DNA of 64,000 nt from Acidobacteriota bacterium (GTDB taxonomy: Bacteria > Acidobacteriota > CAIWXX01): NCBI GenBank assembly GCA_040755995.1, contig JBFMAF010000043.1, forward strand, positions 122,386-186,385, read 5' to 3'. The position numbers and the translations under genes were made by a program. Under the pieces are notes generated by a model. That model saw nothing but the letters and a program-made list of their open reading frames with translations, made no database searches and had not been told where the DNA came from. Positions 10,501 to 18,365 of this stretch are shown in pieces (the stretch's first letter is position 1; every line of letters starts with the position of its first letter).

Positions 10501-10646
10501 CGCCGATGGCGCGAGCGGTGATCGGAGGGCTTCTCACTTCGACACTGCTGACGCTTCTGGTGGTGCCGGTCGTCTACACCGTCGCCGACGACATCACGAC
10601 GTGGCTGCGCAGACGGTGGGCGGGCGGCAAGGAGGTGCACGCGTGA
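7545..10646 (+). CDS. RND efflux permease (AcrB/HAE1-like)
   Basis: SIKRPVFA, GLLIDDAIVVRENI, GLVTKNAILLVD, RLRPIMMT; 1033 aa. Confidence 0.95.
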   Translation: MFLSNLSIKRPVFATVLMLALVTLGIFSYRRLAIDMFPDVEIPYIQIVTIFPGASPESVEREVTKRIEEAVNPISGVKHVMSSSREGVSSVWVQFQLEIKVNDAAQDVKSKINTIRGDLPLLIEEPIINKVDIAGMPIVSLAVRSTNLSAREITTLVEKKVKRRLENLPGVGKVDLVGTSKREVNVNIDPVRLQALGMGVDEVIAGLQSENVNTPLGRLTREGTEYPLRVSGKPAMVDEFHAMVVSERNGRPVMLGEVAEVVDGIEEQRSLALVNGVPAVGIDILKQSKANTVGVADAVKEEVGKLQEELPAGTNIEIVRDASIWIRDSVADIQETLILGGILTILIVFCFLNSWRSTVITGLTLPISVISSFIIMNFAGMTINVMTLMALSLAIGLLIDDAIVVRENIVRHLERGEDHFKAAREGTSEIGLAVLATTFSIIAVFVPVAYMKGIVGRFFFQFGFTVAFAVLVSLFVSFTLDPMLSSRWYDPDIERKGKRHIIARILDRFNGWFDSTADRYKLLIAWALDHRRAVLLMATIAFLAGVGVFFSLETTFFELVDAAEFDIWFTSAPDASLGETRGRMETVLKNVGQLPEVELTYATIGAGDTGTVRDARVYVRLVDRNERKRRQEAVQRDVRERLMKIPGIRASIVEAGRMDQMKPLQVNVRGEDLGLLKLYGTQLKDEIYRISGIVDLDMTLEQDIPEFRLTVDRERAQDAGVMTSDIVRTVGALIGGQAVTTYEDEDGDAVDVRVRLPEALRQSPEQVTNLRIAVNRFDEPPALIPLLDLVSYQMAATPSEINRQDLSRQVVISACLDGLPTGTADAKVQQAASRLKMAPGYRVVLSGETEDMKESFEYMAEALLMAIIFVYLILAAQFESFIDPLVIMLSLPLSIVGMAVLLLFTGDTINIMSLIGLIMLMGLVTKNAILLVDYTKVLRGRGMERREAIITAGRTRLRPIMMTTLAMIFGMLPVALAIGSGAEMRAPMARAVIGGLLTSTLLTLLVVPVVYTVADDITTWLRRRWAGGKEVHA

Positions 10647-11992
10647 TGAAGAAAGTTGACAGTTGTCAGTTGTCAGTTGTCAGCACGATGATGGCGGCTA
10701 TCCTGGCAACGGGGGGGCTGGTGATGGCCGCGTCGCTGGAGGCACCGGCGGTGCAGACGCAGCCGTTGCGAGTGCTGGAGCTGGACCAGGCTTTGCAGAT
10801 CGCGGTGGATCAGAACCGCGATATCCAGAAGGCATTGCAGTACCGGAAACAGGTAGAGGGGATATATATGCAGGAACGAGCGGCAGCATTGCCAGAGTTC
10901 ACGCTCCACCTGAGCGGCTGGCGGGAGGGCGATGAGAGCCAGAAGGTATTCGGCGGCGGCATCTTCCCGCTCGAGCGAGACATGCGGATCGCCGAGGTTT
11001 CGCTCTCGCAGACGCTGTTTTCGTGGGGCAAGGTGGGAGCGGCCATACGGGCGGCGAAGGTGGGTCTGGCCACCGCCGACGATCAACTGCGTATCTTCAA
11101 GCAAGCTGCGATCCATGACGTCAGCTCCGCGTTCTACGATGTGCTGCTCGCCAAGGAGCTGCATGAGCTGGCCGTCCAGGATCACGACCAGAAGGTGCGC
11201 CACCTTGACGAGGCCCGGCGCAAGTACACGGCAGGTGTGGCGACCGACTACGACGTGCTGGCGGCGGAGGTGACGGTGCAGAACGCGCGGCCCGAGGTCA
11301 TCCGGACGGAGAACCAGATCAAGGTGGCGCGCGAGCGCCTGCGGTTCCTGCTGGCAGTCGATGATACCGAAGTCGATTGTACGGGGACGCTCGACAGCCC
11401 CATTGCCGACTACCCGACCTACGATGTGATGTTGCCTCTGGCCCTCGAGAGACGGCCGGACCTCTCGGACCAGCGGCACCGAGTGGGCGTCTATCACGAG
11501 CTCGTGAAGATAGCCAACGCCGACGACAAGCCCCGTATCGACCTGCGCGGCGCGTACGGTTGGAGAGAGATGAAGTTCGGGAGCATACACGGCGACGGCA
11601 GGGCCTGGTCGGCGGGGCTCTACCTCACGTTCCCGTTCTTCGACGGCATGCGCACGCGCGGGGCCGTGACGCGGGCTCGGGCCGACCTGGCCACCGCCGA
11701 AATAGACGAAGCGAAGCTCAGGGACTCGATCGCACTGGAAGTGCGCGATGCGGTCAACGCCGTGAGACAGGCCGGTGAGATCGTGAAGGCGCTCTCGGGC
11801 ACCGTGGCTCAGGCCGAACGGCTTCTGCAGATGGCGGAAAAGGGATACGAGTACGGTGCCATGACTAGGCTCGAAGTCGAAGACGCCGAGACAAACGTAG
11901 TGCAGGCCAAGGGCAATCTCTCGATCGCGCAGCGGGGCTACCTGGTGGCTCTCGCAGGGCTTGGTCGGGCAACAGGGACGCTCGGGGAGTGA
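10646..11992 (+). CDS. TolC-family outer-membrane efflux protein
   Basis: Two OEP-like repeats (LDQALQIAVDQNRDI; ALERRPDL); ATG 10646 overlaps the permease TGA and follows AAGGAGG. Confidence 0.9.
   Translation: MKKVDSCQLSVVSTMMAAILATGGLVMAASLEAPAVQTQPLRVLELDQALQIAVDQNRDIQKALQYRKQVEGIYMQERAAALPEFTLHLSGWREGDESQKVFGGGIFPLERDMRIAEVSLSQTLFSWGKVGAAIRAAKVGLATADDQLRIFKQAAIHDVSSAFYDVLLAKELHELAVQDHDQKVRHLDEARRKYTAGVATDYDVLAAEVTVQNARPEVIRTENQIKVARERLRFLLAVDDTEVDCTGTLDSPIADYPTYDVMLPLALERRPDLSDQRHRVGVYHELVKIANADDKPRIDLRGAYGWREMKFGSIHGDGRAWSAGLYLTFPFFDGMRTRGAVTRARADLATAEIDEAKLRDSIALEVRDAVNAVRQAGEIVKALSGTVAQAERLLQMAEKGYEYGAMTRLEVEDAETNVVQAKGNLSIAQRGYLVALAGLGRATGTLGE
10654..10683. repeat. Heptamer tandem repeat (AGTTGWC)x4 inside the TolC 5' end
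   Basis: AGTTGAC AGTTGTC AGTTGTC AGTTGTC AG. Confidence 0.85.
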
Positions 11993-11996
11993 GTAG

Positions 11997-12087
11997 GCAG
12001 TTGCTAATTGACGGTTGTCAGTTGACAGTTCGGTGACACGCCGCTGACGGTGGTTGCCCACCTACTGACAACTGACAACCGACAACT
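11997..12087. repeat. Two inverted heptamer arrays (AGTTGNC / GACAACT) that can form a hairpin
   Basis: Left arm AGTTGCT AATTGAC GGTTGTC AGTTGAC AGTT; right arm ACTGACA ACTGACA ACCGACA ACT. Confidence 0.8.
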
Positions 12088-12113
12088 TTGGCGGGTGAGG
12101 CGAGGAGGAAAGC

Positions 12114-12584
12114 ATGATCGTGAACAGCCGTGGTGACATCGAGGATTTCTGGGCGCAGAAGAGAATTGCGATCGCCGGAGTGTCGCGCGATCCGGGAGAT
12201 TTCACGCGGAGGGTCTACGCTGCACTCGTGGAGCGCGGGTACGATGTCGTACCTGTGAACCCGGGCTGCTCAGAGGTCGATGGGCAGCACTGCTACGCGC
12301 GGGTCGCTGACATCCCCGCCTCCGTCGACGCCGTAGTGGTGATGACGCCTGCAGGGGTGACTAGCGAGATCCTCCAGGAGTGTGCAGCCAGATCAATCCG
12401 GCGCGTCTGGCTGCACGGAACCGGTGGCAAGTGCAAAGTCCCGGCAGCCGGCGTCGAATCACTGAGGCGTGACGGAATGGTCGTCATCGCGGGCCTCTGC
12501 CCGTTCATGTTCATGCCACAGAGCGGCTTCTTCCATCGCTTCCACGGCTGGATCGAGAAGGTTTCGGGGCACGTTCGCCAGTAG
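12114..12584 (+). CDS. CoA-binding domain protein (YccU-like)
   Basis: IAIAGVSR..GYDVVPVNP..CYARVADIP..RVWLH..GLCPFMF; SD GAGGAGG. Confidence 0.85.
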   Translation: MIVNSRGDIEDFWAQKRIAIAGVSRDPGDFTRRVYAALVERGYDVVPVNPGCSEVDGQHCYARVADIPASVDAVVVMTPAGVTSEILQECAARSIRRVWLHGTGGKCKVPAAGVESLRRDGMVVIAGLCPFMFMPQSGFFHRFHGWIEKVSGHVRQ

Positions 12585-12598
12585 CCGGGCGTCCGGCG

Positions 12599-12904
12599 CT
12601 ACCTTCGTAGCGGCCGCGGGATCGGATACTCTTCGTTCAAACTCGCGTGACGCCGGAATCCTACGGCTTCCCGCTGCACCATCAGATACCAGCGATATCG
12701 CTCCGCCTCCTCTCGCACCTCGTTGAACGCCGCGACCAATGGCGGGCGCCCTTCCCGCGGCACGCTTTCCAGCTGTTCCCGGATCTCGTCGAGCTCTCTC
12801 AGCAGCCTCGCCAGCCGGCCGCCGATCCTGGCGAGCACGGCGGCCTTCTCGCGCAGGAGATCCTGCTCGGTTCGAGTGAATGCTTCGACGGTGTTCCGAC
12901 CCAT
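12599..12904 (-). CDS. Small helical hypothetical protein (DUF6665-like)
   Basis: EKAAVLARIGGRL..WYLMVQREAVGFR..YPIP pattern, family recalled from memory. Confidence 0.6.
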   Translation of the reverse strand: MGRNTVEAFTRTEQDLLREKAAVLARIGGRLARLLRELDEIREQLESVPREGRPPLVAAFNEVREEAERYRWYLMVQREAVGFRRHASLNEEYPIPRPLRR

Positions 12905-12936
12905 GCTCTACACCGTGCACTTCGGCTCGATTTCGC

Positions 12937-13605
12937 TCACCGGGAGCCGAGATGCTCGAACCACTGCATCCACCGGCGGAAGTGGGCGCATTCGCGCATC
13001 ATGGCATCGATTCCTACGGCGAGGGCAGCCACGTTTCCTCCCGTCACCTTGTCGTAGCCGGCGCAGACCGTCTTCAGGCGTTTCGAGGGGGCGGTTTCCT
13101 TGCCGTCATCAATGTGTTCGGGGGTCTCAGCAGACATGCGAATGGCGGCAAGCGAGGGTTCGAGGTCCGGACGGTAAAGGCCTTCTGCAAGACGCCCGGG
13201 GTCGCTGAACAGCAATCCCTCGAACTCGTGCATCGAGAGATAAGGGTAGAACCGTGATGCGTCGAAGTCCGTACCCATTGTCTCACGAACGTCAGCCGCG
13301 ACCGCTTCCTCGATTCTGGCGGCCTTGATCTCCGGTGAATTCCCCGATGGCGCGTTGTTCGACGGAAATGCGCCGAGCCCGTAGTAGTCGAAGAAACTCG
13401 TGCAGCAACAGTTGCGGTCGTGCTTGAGCGATCGCACGATATCCGGTCTTACGCGATCGTACTTGATGGCGCCTCCCCACGCCCGTCCAAAAACCTTGCC
13501 GGGGAGTATTGCAATGAGGTGAAGGCCCGGGAACCGCCCTTGAAGAACCTCACGGACGAAAGCCTGCTCGGTTGGGCCTTCGCATACGACGTGAACGCGG
13601 GTCAT
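12937..13605 (-). CDS. DUF4276 family protein (TOPRIM-like)
   Basis: VHVVCEGPTEQAFV, FFDYYG, MHEFEGLLFSD, PEHIDDG..APSKRL, CAHFRRW; ATGA overlap with the ATPase stop. Confidence 0.85.
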   Translation of the reverse strand: MTRVHVVCEGPTEQAFVREVLQGRFPGLHLIAILPGKVFGRAWGGAIKYDRVRPDIVRSLKHDRNCCCTSFFDYYGLGAFPSNNAPSGNSPEIKAARIEEAVAADVRETMGTDFDASRFYPYLSMHEFEGLLFSDPGRLAEGLYRPDLEPSLAAIRMSAETPEHIDDGKETAPSKRLKTVCAGYDKVTGGNVAALAVGIDAMMRECAHFRRWMQWFEHLGSR

Positions 13606-14726
13606 CGCCCGGGGCCTCCTTCGAGTACGTTCTTGCGCCACAGCTCACCGGTCGAGTATTCGTCGAGCCACGTCGCGTATTCCTTCTCAGACAGGCGTCT
13701 CATCGTGGTTTCTCTGCCCGGCCGGCTCAGCACCACAATGTCGTCAAGCGAGAACTCATCTACAAACGGCACCGATTGGGTGGCGACGATTACCTGACAA
13801 TGTGCCGAGACCTGACGAATGAGGGATGCGACCAGCATGATTGCCTGAGGATGCAGCCCAAGCTCGGGCTCATCCAGCATTAGAATAGCGGGGAGCGTCG
13901 ATTCCGGTTGACACAGGAGAGTCATCAGCGCGAGAAGTCTGAGCATTCCGTCCGATGCCTGTGATGCTGCGAACACCTCGTCACTCCCGCGCTCGCGCCA
14001 CTGCAGGATGACGTGGCCGTTCTCCGGGATCAGGACAAACTCGGCGAAGAACGGCAGAACCTGACGCACCGAATCCTGGATGCGTCTCAAGGCCAAGCGT
14101 TCCCCTGGTCCGCCGGCGTTCAAGCGTTCCAAGAAGGCGGCGATGTTGGAGCCGTCACGGTGAAGGTATTGGGCATCAGCGCGTGGGGACTTTCGTCGCA
14201 TCCCCGATGTAAACGACGTGTCGTGGAACTGGTAGGCAACGCACTTCCGCAATAGCGAGCGCACCGTGTGGGCTAGCTGGTCGGCGCCTGAGAATGCCCT
14301 CTCCATCAGTCGGGACTCGCGGTGACCTGCCACATGACCGCCGTCCTGCGGTTTGGTATACCCGTGCTTCAAGTATCCCCAGTTCTCATCGGTGAAGATC
14401 AGTGTGTCGTTGGCGGCGTACGATAGGCGAAACTCGTAGAAGTTCACGCCCTTGTCCGTCTGCAGTTCGATTCGGGCATGGATGCTCTCGGACACTTTTG
14501 GCCCGTCGTGCAACAGCCGACCGGCGCCCCCCGCCTCGGACACCGCGAGTTGCAGTTCTCCTCGCTCGGCCATGATCCGATAGAGAAGTGTGAAGAACGA
14601 AACCAGATTGGACTTGCCCGACCCGTTCCCGCCCACGAGCACGCTCAGCCGGCCCGGCTCGAAGCGTGGCAGATCCCGGTAAGTCTTGAACCCTCTTAAC
14701 GACAACGATTTCAACTCGACGCCCAT
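13602..14726 (-). CDS. ABC-type/AAA_21 ATPase
   Basis: Walker A GGNGSGKSN, signature SDGMLR, Walker B LDEPELGLHP, VATQS; SD AGGAGA. Confidence 0.9.
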   Translation of the reverse strand: MGVELKSLSLRGFKTYRDLPRFEPGRLSVLVGGNGSGKSNLVSFFTLLYRIMAERGELQLAVSEAGGAGRLLHDGPKVSESIHARIELQTDKGVNFYEFRLSYAANDTLIFTDENWGYLKHGYTKPQDGGHVAGHRESRLMERAFSGADQLAHTVRSLLRKCVAYQFHDTSFTSGMRRKSPRADAQYLHRDGSNIAAFLERLNAGGPGERLALRRIQDSVRQVLPFFAEFVLIPENGHVILQWRERGSDEVFAASQASDGMLRLLALMTLLCQPESTLPAILMLDEPELGLHPQAIMLVASLIRQVSAHCQVIVATQSVPFVDEFSLDDIVVLSRPGRETTMRRLSEKEYATWLDEYSTGELWRKNVLEGGPGR

Positions 14727-14814
14727 GCTTGGTCTCCTGATTCGCCAGTTCTCGCAAGCATTCTAGCACGTCGAGCGCGCCAGCGTGCGCCCTGCACGAG
14801 GAGCGGCTGGTTGA

Positions 14815-14844
14815 TTGACTGCCTCTTGGCGCGCGTTCTAGAAT
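14815..14844 (+). promoter_or_regulatory. Putative sigma70 promoter of the subtilase
   Basis: TTGACT-18 nt-TAGAAT. Confidence 0.5.
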
Positions 14845-14928
14845 CCCGGCTGTGAAGCTACCTGGGACATGAATAGCCTATGTGTGCGCCAGAGCGGCCG
14901 CACTTGAATCACAGCAGGGAGGAACATC

Positions 14929-16200
14929 ATGTATGGCTGGAAACCACCGAAGAGGGCACTCGCAGCTGAAGAACGCCTGTCGAAGCTCATCGTGACGCCA
15001 CCGGGCCGTGTGGGTCGATCGGTGCGAGGCGCCGTGGATCGACAGGACGCCGTCGACCAGTCACGATCGGCTGGGCTGGATCCGGATCTGCTCGATAGAC
15101 ACGAAGCTCGAGTCACGCACACCCACCGCCGGATCAACGCGGTGGTAGTGGAGGTCTCCGAGCGAAAGCGAACGGCGCTCGAGCGCGCGCTGCGCAAACA
15201 GGGGTGCCAGGTGGAACGATCGGCGCCCGTCGCGCCCATGTTGGACCAGAGCATCCCGCAGATGTGCGTGGATGCAGCGTGGCAGCTCGGAGTGACAGGG
15301 AAGGACGTCTCCATTGGCGTTGCCGATACCGGTGTGGACGCCTCCCATCCGGATCTCAAAGACCGGCTGCTGGCCTACGAAGACTTCACGCAGACAGATC
15401 GCGTAGACGCTGTTGGGCACGGCACCCACGTGTGCGGGATCATCGCGGGCGCGGGCTCACACTACCGGGGCGTCGCACCCGCCGCCTCGCTGGTCGTGGC
15501 CAAGGTGCTGACCGAGAACGGAGGCGACACGGCCGGCGTGATCGCCGGCCTCTCCTGGCTCTCGCAGCAAGGGGTCCGCGCAATCAACGTCAGCCTGGGT
15601 GGCAGCGGCAACCCGAATGACGCGCTGAGCCGGGAGTGCGAGGCGCTCGTCGCAGACGGAATCGTCGTGTGCGTGGCCGCCGGCAACGAGGGACCTTCTT
15701 CTCACACAATCAGCTCACCGGGCTGCGCGCCTTCCGTGATCACGGTCGGCGCGGTCGACAAGAACGACACGCTGGCGCGCTATTCCTCACGAGGCCCGGT
15801 CAGGATCGGCCGCAAGACGATTGTGAAGCCGGACGTGGTGGCAGTCGGAGGGGGCGTTGCGTTTCGCGACCAGTGCCTCTATACGACCGGGATCGTATCT
15901 GCGAAGAGCCGCAAGATGGACAAGACGCCGTGCGACGTGGCATTCGGCCGATCCTCGCGCCGCTATGTTCGCATGAGCGGTACGTCGATGGCCACACCTC
16001 ACGTCACGGGTGTCGTCGCACTACTGATCGAATCGGCGCGCCAGCAGGGCACTCCGTGCGATCCCGCTGCGATCAGAGACATCCTTCGCGGAAGCTGCAA
16101 GAAGCTCAAGTACAGAGCGAACGAGCAGGGTGCAGGTCGCGTCGACGCCGCCTCCGCCGTCGATCTCACTCTCAAGCGAGCCGCCCCCGCCTGCGCGTAG
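14929..16200 (+). CDS. S8 subtilase serine protease, no evident signal peptide
   Basis: Catalytic triad motifs ADTG, HGTHVCG, SGTSMATP; oxyanion AAGNEG; SD GGAGGA. Confidence 0.92.
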   Translation: MYGWKPPKRALAAEERLSKLIVTPPGRVGRSVRGAVDRQDAVDQSRSAGLDPDLLDRHEARVTHTHRRINAVVVEVSERKRTALERALRKQGCQVERSAPVAPMLDQSIPQMCVDAAWQLGVTGKDVSIGVADTGVDASHPDLKDRLLAYEDFTQTDRVDAVGHGTHVCGIIAGAGSHYRGVAPAASLVVAKVLTENGGDTAGVIAGLSWLSQQGVRAINVSLGGSGNPNDALSRECEALVADGIVVCVAAGNEGPSSHTISSPGCAPSVITVGAVDKNDTLARYSSRGPVRIGRKTIVKPDVVAVGGGVAFRDQCLYTTGIVSAKSRKMDKTPCDVAFGRSSRRYVRMSGTSMATPHVTGVVALLIESARQQGTPCDPAAIRDILRGSCKKLKYRANEQGAGRVDAASAVDLTLKRAAPACA

Positions 16201-16368
16201 ACCCGGCCCGGCAAAGGAGACGGGGGCGGTGCCATGACGACCGCGCCGGCCGGAGACGACAGCGGCGCCCGCCGTTCACCCGCTGGCTGACCACATGCCG
16301 CCAGCGGTTACGCACGGGTTGGCCACGCGCCTGCCGCGACACGGCATTCCCCGTGGACCTACCGGCAA

Positions 16369-16391
16369 GGGCGGGCGCCGCCCGCCCCTAC
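16369..16391 (-). repeat. GTAG-type REP-like palindrome
   Basis: Minus strand reads GTAG-GGGCGGGCG-G-CGCCCGCCC. Confidence 0.55.
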
Positions 16392-16431
16392 GACGACGTG
16401 TGGTGTGGGGCATTCGCTGATGATACGTACG

Positions 16432-16770
16432 CTATTCAGTCTTGTTGTCCTTCGTTAGGGTTACGCTGAGGGTGCCGCACAGGTCGACGTCTTCGATCAT
16501 GTAGACGTTCTCATCCTTGTCGTTGGCCATGAGATCCCACACGCAATCATCGTAGCCCGCGAAGGTGATGGAGACGCTGTCGCCGTCTTCCAGCACGTCG
16601 ACGCCCAGAATGTCTTCGCCCCAGTCCTTGCCGTCAGTCGGCTTCAGGAAGAGGTTGACGATCGGCTGACCGGTGTTGTTGACGAAAGTGAAGTCCTGGG
16701 TGTCGGCCTGGGCCAGGAACGCCAGCCCGATGAGGAATCCGAGAGCGAATGCTAACCCTTTTCGATTCAT
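16432..16770 (-). CDS. Small acidic secreted protein
   Basis: Signal peptide ending AQA; QDFTFVNNTG..WGEDILG..C.WDL..VDLC with two Cys; SD AAGGAG. Confidence 0.8.
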   Translation of the reverse strand: MNRKGLAFALGFLIGLAFLAQADTQDFTFVNNTGQPIVNLFLKPTDGKDWGEDILGVDVLEDGDSVSITFAGYDDCVWDLMANDKDENVYMIEDVDLCGTLSVTLTKDNKTE

Positions 16771-16992
16771 CGTGGTTCTCCTTCGGCCGGTATCTTACAC
16801 CAGATTCCGTCGCTGGGGCGCGCCGCGGTCGTACGCCCCACGTGCCTCGCGGGGCCGGCACAGGACCAAGGAAGCGGAGGCAGTATTGATCGAGTTCTTG
16901 TGGCGGTCTATTAGCCTATTCCCGGCCTGGGGCTGGCCGCAAATGGTAATCTCCTACTAGTTCGTTGGGAACGATGGAGATAATGATCATAC

Positions 16993-17021
16993 TTGACAAG
17001 AGCAGGTCCACCGCATATTCT
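16993..17021 (+). promoter_or_regulatory. Putative sigma70 promoter of the cytochrome cluster
   Basis: TTGACA(16993-98)-17 nt-TATTCT(17016-21). Confidence 0.55.
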
Positions 17022-17440
17022 TGCCTGCGGACCCAGGGCAGTGGGACCAGAGGACGCACAGCAGCTGAGTTGCAACATTCGTTTGTCGGCGCGCGAGTAG
17101 CAGGTCATTTTTCCCGCCGGTTCGGCAATTATCCTTGCCCATCAGGGTTGTCTATCTGCGATCGCACAGGAGGATACGCATGCACGGTGCTGAGGTCGGC
17201 CAGGCGCGGTCGCGGTGAATGCCTGTCAGCCCTCTATCTCGAGCCGTCTGTGTTGTGTCGAGCCGTCTGTGTGTTGAAGAGAGGTGGTATCGGTGATGAG
17301 CGCCGGTGAGGGTCTGGGATCCAGGTGGAGCCGCTCGCGCCGGCGCCCGGTGATTTCCGAAAGACGTGCGGGTTTTCCGCGTCTCTGTTGTTCGGGTTTC
17401 CCAGTCGACCTGACTTTCAACATACACTGGAGGAGATCGC

Positions 17441-18355
17441 ATGACGGTAACCAAGCAACGGCCCTTTCTGATGGCGCTGCTTTTCCTTGCGGCAGCGTGC
17501 CTCCTATGGGCGGCATTGCTGCAGGCCAGGGAGGGCGGCCCGCCTGAAGGCACTCCGTACGCGGGTTCCGAGAACTGCGCGGCGTGCCACGAAGATCTGG
17601 TCGTGAGCCTGAAGGCGACGCCGCACGGGCAGAAGGCGTTCGAGCTGCGGTCTGCCCAAGGCTGCGAAGCGTGCCACGGCCCGGGGACGGCTCACATCGA
17701 CAAGGAGGGCGACAAGTCGCTCATCCGAAGCTTCAAGACGATGCCGTCAGCCGAGGCATCGCAGACCTGCCTGCAGTGCCACGAGCGCGGAAGCCACGTG
17801 CTGTGGGTCGGCAGCACGCACGAGCAGCGGAACGTTGGATGCACCGAGTGTCATTCCGTGCACCATCCGGTCTCTGAGAAGAGCCAGCTCAAGGCTGCAC
17901 GGGAAGTGGCTCTCTGCTCCAAGTGCCACCCCAACATCCAGGCACAGACAATGCGGACGTCGCACCACCCGGTTCGCGAGGGGCTCATCACCTGCTCCGA
18001 CTGCCACAGCCCGCACGGCAGCGACGGCCCGAAGCTGATCGCGGCCGAAACCATCAACGAGAAGTGCTATCAGTGCCATGCGGAGAAGCGCGGGCCGTAC
18101 CTCTGGGACCACCCGCCCGTCCGCGAGAACTGCATGAATTGCCATACGCCTCACGGGTCGAATTTTGAGAAACTACTGAACGCGAAGCGGCCTTACCTCT
18201 GCCAGCGCTGTCATCTCGACACCAGGCACCCGGGCACTCTGTACGATGCGGCGAATCTTCCTACAAGTGACAGGATCCTCAACCGATCCTGCTCCGACTG
18301 CCACATGAACATCCATGGGTCGAACCATCCGTCCGGATGGACCTTCCTGCGATAG
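17441..18355 (+). CDS. mtrA: Decaheme c-type cytochrome, MtrA/PioA/DmsE family
   Basis: Signal peptide; 10 CxxCH motifs counted; EKRGPYLWDHPPVRENC and HGSNHPSG C-terminus. Confidence 0.93.
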   Translation: MTVTKQRPFLMALLFLAAACLLWAALLQAREGGPPEGTPYAGSENCAACHEDLVVSLKATPHGQKAFELRSAQGCEACHGPGTAHIDKEGDKSLIRSFKTMPSAEASQTCLQCHERGSHVLWVGSTHEQRNVGCTECHSVHHPVSEKSQLKAAREVALCSKCHPNIQAQTMRTSHHPVREGLITCSDCHSPHGSDGPKLIAAETINEKCYQCHAEKRGPYLWDHPPVRENCMNCHTPHGSNFEKLLNAKRPYLCQRCHLDTRHPGTLYDAANLPTSDRILNRSCSDCHMNIHGSNHPSGWTFLR

Positions 18356-18365
18356 GAGTGGGCAC

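Noticed and set aside
9986..10645. Long N-terminal extension of the TolC ORF
   Set aside because: It overlaps the RND permease in another frame; SD and stop-start overlap indicate 10646
11997..12087. Heptamer arrays as a CRISPR array
   Set aside because: Units are 7 nt with no unique spacers, and there are no cas genes
13602..16200. IetAS-type ATPase + S8 protease toxin-antitoxin system
   Set aside because: The genes are divergent, and the ATPase is ABC-type and already coupled to DUF4276, unlike the co-transcribed AAA+ IetA
17216..17218. TGA of the mtrA-leader uORF as selenocysteine
   Set aside because: No convincing hairpin at SECIS distance and no protein-like context
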